From the NCBI GenBank assembly GCA_051294375.1, contig CM119271.1:14514770-14578769 (forward strand): DNA of 64,000 nt. The letters run 5' to 3'. Each line of letters begins with the position of its first letter. The first letter of the stretch is position 1. Of this stretch, positions 38,401-50,682 are shown piece by piece. The notes below the pieces were generated by a model, which saw nothing but the letters and a program-made list of their open reading frames with translations, had not been told where the DNA came from and ran no database searches. This DNA comes from Paraspadella gotoi (Eukaryota; Animalia; Chaetognatha). Made by a program: the position numbers and the translations under genes.

Positions 38401-41400
38401 TGACGCCACTGACGAAGGATCAACCCTTGAAGGGACAGACCCGACGACCTCCACTTCGTCTTCGTCGTCGTCGATCGTTTCGCATTCGACATTTTGCGGC
38501 GAAGATCTCGCCCTCTTCGGCGAAGGTTGCGGCGAGATCTCCACTACGGAATCGTCGAGATCCGCGTCAATCTCTAGCGAATTGCGCTTTAGCGACGAAG
38601 TCTTTGGGGGCGGATTAGAGGAGGGGGCGTCGGAAAAGGTGGAGGAGGAGGGCTGCGGGAGAATCGAAAGTCGCGAAGACGGATTCGTCGGCGGCGGAGA
38701 CGATTTCTCTTCTCCATCGAGAATGACGATGGAATCGTCCGGGTCAAAAAATTCTTTTTCCGCGACCAAATTCACAATCTTCAAGTTATCTTTTTTTTCG
38801 GAGGAAAGTTGTCTCTTTGCCGGAGTAGATCCTCCGTTTATCACTTTAATCCCATTAGAGTCGGCGGCGTCGTTGAGTCTCGAAATGACGTCGTTGACGA
38901 CCCTCGGCGCTACGGCGGCGCATTTGACCTGCATCGTTTGAAAGTAGCGAGCCTCGGTTCCCGGACTGACGGCTCCGTGGACGCGGAGGTGACGTTTGAC
39001 GCTTTCCAAAACACGGAAGCGCGAGTTGCATATCACGCATTCGAATTCAACGGGCAGCGGGAGAGACGGCGTCGTTTCGTCGCAAAGATCGACGACATCA
39101 ACGGAGGGAGATGAAGTTTCGACGGGATCGTCCACGTGGTCCGAATTCGTTAGGGACATGACGGAGTCGACGACGACAACGTCGACGCTGGGGTCGTTAG
39201 ATTCCGTTAAACTATTGCGAAAATCTTTTTCTGCTATGAGACGATGGACGGCGTTTTCAGTTCGTGGACAACGAGTGAGAGAGACGATGGCTGGACGACG
39301 AATCGCTTGCCACTTTAGGGCCTCTTCGAAAGAACGTGGGACGTAGGAAGAGGATTCCATGGAACCCGGTTTACAATGAAAAGCCGAGCATTGTTCAGTG
39401 AGCCAGATTTTTTTTCTGTTTTCAAGTTCTTGACGAAAAGATCAAGCGAAGATAAGAAAAACTTAGTAGTTGTTCTTTTTTCTTATTTAGATCGAGGCTA
39501 ATCAGTGAGTGTCGATTTTTTTTTTTTGGCTTCTTCCGTTTTCCAGTCTTCAATGATTTTCTTTTAACGTTCAATTCACCGACGAACTAATAACCAGCCA
39601 ATTTGGTTTTTCTGTTTTTATTTTTTTCAGTTTCAAGATAAAACTATAACAACTTTTAATGTGTTTCGTTTAACACAGGAATAATTTGAACTTAGGACCA
39701 AGAGTCGATCCAATTTCGGTGTGAAACACAAGGACGGCGGCGGGTCGACGACGACGACGAGAAAAACGATAACGCGGCAGCGAATCGGTTTAGAGGGAAA
39801 AAAAGAGGGTTTTTTGGAGGGAGAGAGAGCGAGAGAGAGAGCGAGAGAGAGAGAGAGAATGTTTCACTGGAACAGGATCGAGAAAAGGATTCCCTTATAA
39901 TTTTCAGAAAACTAAGGAACACCAAAAACAACTCTTTTCAGAAATCTTTTCTCAAAGATTAAAATTTAACAGAATCTTCTCGGTAGTCAAAATATTTTCG
40001 AAATCAGTCGGTCATCATCCATTTAAATTATAAATATTTTAATACATAAAGTACTCTTCGAAAACAATAACCGAATAAATAAATTCGCGCCTCTTTTAAC
40101 ATTCGACAAGGGGGAGAGGAAGTACGAATCCCGCAGCTGCGGCGTACGAAAACCGGGGCCCTCGCATATTTACCCTGTCTCCTGAGATCGTCCAAAACGA
40201 TGAGGCAAAAGTGACTGGAGACGAGAGAGAGTCGGACTCGATCGAAGTGCAGCGACCATTCAGCGTCGTTGTCTTCGTCGTCCAACCAATCATCGTCTCT
40301 TGAGCGCGAAGAATAGTTTCTCTCTCTCGAATCCTAAAAGTATTCGACGGAATGTTTGAATAAATGATAAATGGACTGACTCTCCCCGGAGAGTGATAGA
40401 GCGAATACGTCGTGACGAACTGATAATTCACCTAATTTCCAAGATCTATTATCTATATATTCGAATCGATAAAAAAAATCTTAAAAGCATAAGGATCGTC
40501 GCAATCGCATAAGAAAAATCTTTTATACTAAAAAAATAAAATTTGAGAAAAGAAAATTAATTTATAAACAGAAAGAAAAATTATATTTTATTAATTATAA
40601 ATTAAAGTTACAGTTTCTGAAAAAAAAAGAAAAAACAATTTTCATTGTCAAAAAATAAACTAATCAGCAGATGCAGCCCCTAAGAAAAAAAAATAAATAA
40701 AAACCTGATGTTGCGATAGCAAAATGATAACATGCACGAATGCGATGCCTAATTTTACGAGTTCAATCCTATTTCAATTTTTTTTTTTAAAAAACGCAGA
40801 GAGAGAGAGAGAAAGAGAGAAAAAAGAAAGAAATAAAAAAGCAGCAGCAGTAGGAGAAAAGAGAGATAAAGAATAAGCCCCTGCAGAGCCAGCTGCAGAC
40901 TCAAAAGGCAGCAGCAGATGCAGCAGGAGAAAAGAGAGAAAAAGAATAAGCCCCTGCAGAGCCAGCTGCAGACTCAAAAGGCAGCAGCAGAAGCAGCAGG
41001 AGAAAAGAGAGAAAAAGAATAAGCCCCTGCAGAGCCAGCTGCAGACTCGTTTTTTTTCCATGAATCAGTGACTCGGGAAAAGAGAGAGGGAGAGAGACAT
41101 GTAATTAAAAGAGAGAAAAAAAGAAATATGAAAATAAAAGAGAAAAAATTTATTTTGATAAAACGTAAACAAAACATATTTAACTGTCCAGACTCAATTT
41201 TAAGCACATCAATGATGAGAAGCTGTATATAAATTTTCAGCTTCATACACCCAAATTTAATCATAAAAAAAGCGATCTATAATTTGGAACGACGACAACG
41301 ACGACGACGACGCCTACGCCACTTATGCCCAAAAGCGTTACTAGATAAAAAGATATCGAGAGTCAAATGAAATAACATTTTTCTCTCAAAAACCTGAGAG

Positions 41401-41738
41401 ACGAGGGATTTTCCGTCGTCGTCGTCGTCGCCGAAATCGATGAAGGACGTTCCCTCGTCGAAGGAGTCGGCGGAGGAGATGGAGCGAGGGAAGAAGGAGG
41501 GGGTGGAGGAGCGAGGGGAGGGGGAGGAGGAGACGAGGTTGAAGGACGAACCCCTGAAGCATTAGGGTTGAGGGGGAGGGGATGTGGGGGGAAAGCTTTT
41601 ATGGTTTTACGAATTTTATTGGAAGAAAAGTACTGGTCTTATTCCTCGGGGGGAATATATATTCACTCGATTCTTTTGACCCCGATTCGGTCTGATCTCT
41701 CTTTCTTTTAACAAAGAATTCCTCGCCGTCAAACGAGG

Positions 41739-41784
<46 letters not shown>

Positions 41785-44700
41785 ATCCCATCGACCGCTA
41801 GTTGATTTTTAGTTGGACCATATTTCTGGTCTTTCTTAGAAGCGTGCCTTTCACAAAGCATGAAAAGTGGCTTTTGTTGCTCTTGTGAATTCACAAAAAA
41901 AACAAAAAAAACATTCATTAGGTTTTCAATGCTCCATTAAAGTAAATAAAATTTCCCTATCATATTACGACTCTCGAACAAAGCATCCGCTACTGATACT
42001 GATCTCCTCAGGATTACCTCCCCCCCTCAAAGTCCATTTCCTTACCCTATAAATCTCCTCCAACATAAAAACTCACCTGACGAGAGGCACCTCATCCTTC
42101 CCTCCTTTGATCCGTGATCGAACATCCTTGGCGGAGAACTCCGCGCGTTCGATCCCAGTCAAACTTAAACGAGTCAAGTTTCCTCGACGATCGCGTTTCA
42201 CTCGAAATTCTCCGCAGCCAGGAACTCGGACGAAGGTGTCCTCGAGGGACCAAGGATCCACGCTCGCGCTCCAGGAGACAGGCCCACTTTCTGAAACTAA
42301 ACGTACGCCTTTGGCTTATTAAGGTTATAATCGGATATTTTAAGCTCTTTGTTGTTTTTTTTTTAATTAATATTAAAATTTTTTTCTTTACCCAATGGAA
42401 AATCGGCGCCTTCCTCTCCACGCTCTTCTTTCTCTACATTTCCGTCCTCTCCCTTCTCGATCCGCGGCGCCGCGAAACGCAGCCTCGGCCGCGGCAGCGT
42501 CGCCGTATCCGGCGCTGGATAAGCCGCGTCCAACGACGGCGGAGTATAAAAGGCGGCGCCGCCTGAAGACAGAGTCGGCAGATCGGCGACGAGCTCGAGC
42601 GCCTCCCAGACGGCGTCGTCGCCGGCGTCGTCGAGCGCTTGGCCGAAATGGAGGGGGCGTCGAGAGAGATTGCGGAGGAGGAGGATCGGGTGAGGATCGT
42701 CGTCGACGATGAGGTGGACGACGCCTTTGAGTTCGACGATGGTGAGGAGGTGTGGGGAGGAAGAGGAGGAGGAGGGGATCGAGAAGGAGATTCGATGCGT
42801 CTTGGATCCGCCGTAACGAATTCGAATTGGGAGAGACCAGACGAGTGGACGCTCTTCGTTTCTGAAGGAGAAATGGACGAATGGACAAACACCGATGGAG
42901 GGGAAATAAAGAAAAATGGCGCATCGTACCTTTCTTCATCTCCGTCCTCTTGAAGAGCGAAGTTGACGTAGAGAGCATTCTTGCTCTTCGCTTTCGACGC
43001 CACGCACAGATTCGCCGGTTGATGCCACATCGTCAAAGCCACGCCCTCTGGGCTCGAATTGTGGCGAGGGAGATCGACGTCGGGCATCCGCTGCGGATCC
43101 AGGACCACCTTAAAACGAACATGTGTCAAAATAGCTCGTATCAAAAGAAAATAAACAAAACCACTAGATAACAAAAGTCACCCCCCCAACCTTGCTCGCC
43201 GCAAATGGAACTGAATGGAGCCGGAGGCGAAGACTCGTCCAAGTTCGATTCCGCGCGAGAATCTGAGGTTTGATGACGAGAAGACGGACTCCGTGTCGAA
43301 CGCGGGACGTGAGGGAGAGAAGGCACTCGCGGTGATCATCTAGAGAGTTTAAAGTCGGGTGAGGGTGACCGATGGTGATCGTGATTAATAATAGATTTGG
43401 GCTCCAACCTTTGGTCGATTCCGCCGGAACTCGAATGCCGAAGAAGACTGAGTCGTTGAGAAGCAACGAGTTCCATTCTGGGTCTTCCTCGCTCCAAATA
43501 GGGTTATCGTCCTTTGACAGGTTGATGTAGCCTATGAGGATTTAGGGTATCGAACTCATTAAAGCGCGAAAGCTGATAGCAGTCGTTGACTAAATTATAC
43601 AAAACATCAACAAAATAAATTCATCTGCAACTTCCTGACCAGAGTAGTGATTCCGAGAATTAAGCTGCATCCCAATTTGAAAATTCACGTCTTCGAGTTT
43701 GGGCGGAGCGATGGTGGCGCCGGCGGGGATGGGCCAGAGGTTTCCCCAGCAGTCGAGGATCGCCAATGGCATGGTCGTCTGGTTGGTCAGCAATCCCCAT
43801 GGTGCCACATCTGGGCGGGGGGGGGGGGAGGGAGGGGTTGAAAGGTTAAACCGTTTGCCACAACGAAGATTCGTTCAAGTTGGATCACGTCAAAATGGAT
43901 CCCTGAAATCTCACCGACGAGCAAAGTAGATAGACCGGGCCAACACCGAGTGATCCCGACAGTTAAGCTAACTGACGGCACGATTTTAGTTTCAGCGTCT
44001 CCGCCGGCGTCGGCGGCTGCGTCGAGATCCGTTTCTGCGATGGAAGGATTATCACTGCCGACCCGCGTCGGCGCCGGAGTAGAATAGGGCCAAGAGTCGC
44101 ACAGGGAGCGATCGTCAAAATCGAAGACGCTTATGCAATAATACATAAACTTACATATTAATTATCTTGATTATTGACTTAATATTAAGCATTAAACCTT
44201 AAGACTTAATATTGAGCCTAACTGAAAAACGGGCAACGCCACAACGGTTAACTCACCTTTCGAATCCCAACTCTGCGTTGTCGTCGTCGGCGTCGTCTCC
44301 ACTCAGCGTCTCCCGAGTCAACTTGACGGTCGGATCCGACTTTTGATGAGAAGACGAGAGACGAAAAGAAAGTTCGACCGACGACGACGACGACGCTGAA
44401 AACGGAGAGGCGGTGATTCGGTGGATTTGAGAGACGGCGCCGCGGCCGGACACTTGGTGAGAGAGAGGGTTGGATGGCTGTGAAGTGAGGGAGATGAAAG
44501 AAGAGATTGGGGGAGATTTTTTTCTCGTAAGTAAATCGTAAATCTAAGAGAATTTATAAATTGCATAATGCATATGTTAAGAAAAATATTAACTATTGAA
44601 GAATGAACATAAAAACTTGAGATAAAATGAAATGTGTTTAGAAAGATGGAAGGTATTGTTAAAAACCAAACTAACCTGCTCGTTCAGAGGCGCCATCTCC

Positions 44701-47700
44701 ATCAAGAGCGACGAGGGCAGGTGAGTTCGGACGCAGAGTAAGGGCAACACGAGAATTACCTTCGGGGGATGAAAAAATAGAAAAGACGAAATTCTCAGGT
44801 TGAGAGTTCTTATTTAGTATTTAGTAAAGCCTCACTGAGGAGAACGGACCTCTTGAGTTCGCCCCTCGATCTGCCGACGAATGGATTTGAGCGAAAACTC
44901 AACGACGTCTCGAGATCCTTGAAACTGGACGCCGAGAAAGAGAGGAGATTCGGCGGAGCGAAGCGCGGAGAGAGAAACTGGGTCGGACCAAGGAGCTTTC
45001 GACGGACCCATAATTCTGATGAGGAAATGGGAAGAAAAATTATATTTTAATTTCTACTATCATCGATTACACAAATACCAAATGATAAAAATTATCGACC
45101 CCAACCTGAATTTGAGCGAATCGACGTCGGCGGGGTCGACGAAAAAGGAGGGCGACGTCGACTTGGCGCCCAAAACGGAAGTTAGTTCCGCGGAGTTGAC
45201 CGGGTCAGTTTTCTCCTTATTTCGGGTAAAATAAATTAGTAATTTGTCTTCTCTCTACTAATTAGTTTTAACATTAGTCACTAAATAACATCGCAAGACA
45301 AAAATTTATGGTTCCAAATGGAACCGGGATTTTCATTGGTTCTTCCCCACCAACAAAGTGAGCATCTGCTCTGCAAACGCGACATCTCCCGAGAGAAAAA
45401 CGAAGAGGAAACCTCTTCCCCGCCTTCTCTTCCCCTCCCGTACGCTACCTCAGTACGCCGACACGAGACAGAATCACTCGTAACCAAGCAAACCAAGAGG
45501 GGGGGATCCCGCGAAGACTTCCGGTGAAGCGCCACGCCCACTTGACCGGACGTCGTAGAAGGGGGATGAGAAACCGCAAAAAACCAGTCCATGGACGAAA
45601 GCCGGGCCTGGAGAAACTGACGGCCGGACGAGGCAACGGCCGAAAGAGCTGTCGGGCGATCAGTCGGCGTCCTTAGACGTCCCTGGAGCCCCGCCCCTAC
45701 GCTTGGGAGGCGGCGAAGACTTGCGAGGCCGGTAGGGACGGCGAGCGGACTACGCGGACTGCCACGCCCACGCTTGCGGCTAGCAGAACAGGCGCAATTG
45801 TGAGGCGCCCCGGAGCGGAGAAGCAAAGAATGGAACGCTTGAGTGACGTCGTGGAGCGGTCTCCGAAAAAGAACGACGTGGAGGGCGGAGAACTGGACAA
45901 CTGTCTTGAGATCCGAAGGGGCAGCGTCGACAACTAAGCGCCGAGACTCGGAGAGGGCCGAACCAAAAATCGCCGCCAAACCCGACGAGGCGTCTCCAAG
46001 GGGCTTGGCAAGATCGTCAAGGTGGCCTGCGTCCACTGCACCGGGCCCCTCCGAGCGAAGGGCCTCAACCATGAGGCGGAGAGCGTCAGCGACAGAAAGG
46101 ACAGCATGAGCGGACGCTCCGGCGTCCCTCATGATGCGCTCAAAAGCCTTGAAAGCGCGCGTCGTCTCGGAGTCCTTCCGAACGGCGTCGAACTGAGCGG
46201 CAGGCAACTCTCTTGAGCAGGAGGACGAAAATCCGCCGGCGAAGAGACATCCGACCAGCGCCGGAAACGCGTATTGGCGGAAAGCACGTCCCACAACGGT
46301 AAAAGAACGTCGTCCTGGCCAACTCTGCGCAAATCCCTCCACTGCTGTAGAACCCACTCCGAAGGCTGTACAGAAGCACGACGAGACAAGAAATTGTCAA
46401 ACCCCGCAGCAGACTCTTCAGAGGAGGAACCCTCCTCTGATCCGGAAACGGAGGCGTCGTCGTCGACTTGCGCAGATGGGGCTCGACGAGGAAGGCGTGA
46501 CGCAGTCACCCGCTCGGAGCGTGAAGGCCGATCCGCCGCCGAAGAGGCCGCCAAAGAACGCGAAGACTCAAGTCGCTGGCGAACAAACGAAGATCGACGA
46601 AGAACGGCGAAATGGCGAACAGAGGCGTCCAAGAACCATGAAGAAAACGTACATGGAAAAAAAAAGAGAAATCATTGAAAAATGACAGTCTCAAAAAAAG
46701 AACCCCAAAAAACACCCACCAAACAAGACAAGCGAGCCTGAGCCGCCCTCCACCATCGGTGGTGCCAGGGGTGGACGGTGGGTGGTTGTTGGTGGGGAAG
46801 AACCATGAAGAATCCCGGTTCCATTTGGAACCATAAATTCTATCATGTTGTTCTTCCCCACCAACAAAGTGAGCCTGTAACAAGACCAGGCGAAGGCCCG
46901 ACAAAAAACAAACAAAGTCGAGTTAGGTGGGGCACAGGAGGAAAACCCCTCTGTACGCCGAATGTACGCCAAAAAAGGCGAAACAAAAAACGAAAAAAAG
47001 AACTCACCGCCGAAGACTCTCCAACTCGGAACGAGACGAGCGGCGAAACTCCTTAAATTCGCGACGAACGCTAGAAAGAGCGTTGCTAATTTGGAGAAGA
47101 ACTGCCTCCATCTGAAGGGGCATGACTTCGGCCTGACCAGAAAAGCCCGGAATGGCTGATGGTGGAGGCGGTGGAGGCGGCGGTGGAGGCGGCGGCGAAG
47201 GCGGCGGCGGAAGAAGACATGAGGGTAGTCGAGTTGAAAACGCGCCTCAGTCCAAAAAACGGAGAGCACTGGACAAACAAGGGGGCCGAAAACAAGGTTC
47301 TTCCCCCCTGCAGCCGTACTAAGCGCCGTGGGCAAACGAGAGGGCCGAGTCGCAGCTCTTCCCTCCGCAGCCGCGCGCAGGGTGCGTCGAGGGCAAGCGA
47401 AAGGGCCGAGTCAAGGCTCTTCCCTCCGAAGCCACGCACAACGAAGACGAAAAAGATGGCGGCCGTGAAGAGAAAAAAAAAAAGCCACGTGTTGAAGAAT
47501 ATCTGTATTCTGAACTCCAAAAAAAAAGAAACGAAAAATATGCAAAATTATTCAACAAAAATAATCAAAAAATATTTTCGTAAAAAAACCGGGAGACTGA
47601 GCGCAAAGCGCGAACAGAAGAAGTGATTCTGTCTCGTGTCGGCGTACTGAGGTAGCGTACGGGAGGGGAAGAGAAGGCGGGGAAGAGGAGGTTTCCTCTT

Positions 47701-50640
47701 CGTTTTTCTCTCGGGAGATGTCGCGTTTGCAGAGCAGATGCTCACATTTGTTGGTGGGGAAGAACAACATGATAGAATTAAACTTCTTTCCTCCCGCCGA
47801 CGAACCTTTGGAACGAGACGAACTTGGAGATGTTGGTTGAGTCTAGAGGCGACGAGGAATTGACCGGAAACGAGGATCTTTTTTCGAACCGACGTCGGGC
47901 GAGAAATGGAGATGACTAGATGGAAGACGCCTGAAGAAAAAAAAGAAAAAAAGGGGACATTCTAACAACTTAATAATCTAATTACCAACAAGGGTCACTC
48001 CCACAAAACGAACCGGACGCTGTCTCGACGCTTCGCACGAAATTTCCCACGACGTCGATATCGACGGCTTCCGTCCACGACCCCGCAGCGCCACAGCTGC
48101 CCCCGCTGGCCAAGCCGAACCGCATCCGCAAAGGCGTCCGCTGACTGCGCCACGAATACGCGACAGCGCCGCGAGCGTCGACTTGGAGTTCTTCGTCAGT
48201 GTTGACTTGACCGAAGCGAATCGTCTGACGAGAATCGTTGCAGATCACGTGATATCTGAAAAAAAAAATATAAAGTTGTAAACTATGACCGCCAGGGGTG
48301 GAAATTTTGACTAGATTCATTTTTTTTTAACTGACGCGGAGACGACGGCGTCCTTTGCGGCGCTCGTCGGCGTCTTTGAGAGGCAGTTGGACCACGCCTC
48401 GGCGACCAATGAGATGGTGTGGACGGCGCCTTGGCTGAGTCGAGCGAATATCGGGCCCGTCTCCAAGGAAACCGTCAAGTCGGTCGGAAGTGGACGAGGA
48501 AGACGACGATTGACTTTGGGCGTCGACGAGTCTTTAAATAAGAGATTAAGAGAAGAGGATTAAGATTAAGATTAAGATCAGAATTGAGAATAGAAAAGAA
48601 TACAAATGGCGGCCGAACTTTTGAATCTGCCGATCGGTATTATTCCTCCGCCCCTCGAATTGATTTTGAGGCAAACGTCGAAAGGTTCTACGAAGGGTTG
48701 AGAAGTCAAGCATAACATCTCCACCAGGTTGGCCTCCGGAGATGCTTTTGCCTATTATAAATATGTAGAAATTAATATATCTTAAAAGTTGATTATCTAT
48801 TTCTTCGCCAGCGTCACCTCGATACTCCACTGATCGCCACCACCGTGACCGAGCGCCAAGGTGATGGCGAGGCGATCGAGCACCACAATCCCCAACTCTT
48901 CCCGCGGAAGTCGTGGGGATGCGAGGGAAAAGGGCGCCAACCAGGCTGGAGTCTTTCCTTCGACGGCGACGGGGTGATTGGCGAGGACTAGATGGAGTGA
49001 CGCAATGCGGACGGCGAATTGGATTCTTCGAGTTATTTTAAAAGAGTAAAAGTTAAATTTGTTAAACATCTGGAGAAAAATGGTATAAATCTCATTTGCA
49101 TATTATAGCAATTATGCCCAAATGTTACGAAAGTGTTTTTTTTTAGGTAAAGGAGGAAAAATTTTACTTTCACTATTTATCCCAACCCTATCAAACATTT
49201 CTTGTTGCAAAGAAGACAATATCTACTATAGTTGAGAAGCTAAAGTTTTAACAGGATTACTTTCTTGAGTTTTATAAAGTTTGAAATTTTACTTAACATC
49301 TTCGGTCAAAAATAACAAGATCACACTTCGCCCTCCCAGGCATACGAAATCTCTCACCTCGGTCTGAAAGCGGGAGAGTAGCAGGAATCAACCCGGGCGG
49401 CGGCGGCCAGCGCCGAGGGCGGGACGAGCGCCGACTTTGCCCAATTTGAGAGAGTTGGCGACGGCGGCGAAGAAAGAGACGATTCTCCAGTCCGCTCTTT
49501 GATCACGACGCGCCAAGCGTCAGAGATTCCTACGCCCTTCAAATTCAAACGGCAGAGAAAAAAAAATTAATACGTAATCAAAATACTAAATTTAAATAAT
49601 AGATACATTAAACTATTCTGAAATTAACCTGAAGATCCGAAGGATCAACGCCGTGCAAATCCAAGATGGCCGACTGACTCTCGGAGATGCAAAACGTTTT
49701 GTACGTGACGAATTCTCGTTTTAAATCGTCGAAATACTACAAACGTGGAAGGCGGGGAATAGTATTAATCTTTTGTCCAAAATCTATCGACAGGTTTTCC
49801 CTATGACACTTTCTTCGTTTACCTGCAACAAACAGGGCACCGCACTCGGAGCCCCTCTTCCGGTCCCCACCCCCGCGTCGACGGCGAAGGGAACGGGGGA
49901 GACTTGAAAGGCGGTGACGGCGCGCGGTTCCGGATAGCGCCACGTCATCGACGCCTCCTCCGCCGGCGTCGTCGACGTCCGGAACGCGATCTCCCAAGGT
50001 CGAGGAAGGATTTCCGACGCTGCGAAATGAGGACAAAGAGGGGTAAGTCCAGGAAGCCCCTTTACCCTATCGATTCCAAGTCGCTCACCCGCGGGATCCT
50101 TGACGTAGACAAAGGCGCCGCTGCGAAGATCGTCGATGCTCGACGTCGGATGCCGAAGTCGCTCGACGTCGTCGTCTTCGTTTCGAGGAGGAAAGTCGGC
50201 TTCGTCGTCGACGGAGGGAAGAGGAGAGGAGATGGATGAGGAGGAGCAAGGGATGGAGACGATGCGCTAAAGAAGAAGTTAAAAGGACCCACGTTTAAAA
50301 AACCTTGGAAGTAAGAGATAAAAATATTTTCGTTAATTTTTAAAAGTTCTTACCCGTCGCAGTTCGTCCGCCTCTTCTGCTAATCGACGAAGGGCGAGGA
50401 ATTGATCCTGACCCAAATTCACTCTCACGATTCCCGCGGTCACGTGACCGGTAAAGCGAAAGGGAAAGGAAAGATTTTGACCTGAGAGAAGTACACGAGG
50501 TTGTGGTTGGCTTAACAATTGGTCATAAAATTAAGTAATCAAATAATGATAAAATAATTTACGACTTATTAGGTCATAGACCAGGAAACTATAAGTTAAA
50601 TAAATAAAATCGATCAGTTAATGTATATTGTATAGTGTTC

Positions 50641-50682
<42 letters not shown>

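Noticed and set aside
41210-41290. ATGATGA as possible C/D snoRNA box C
   Set aside because: No box D (CTGA) or terminal stem, and it is antisense to the host gene.
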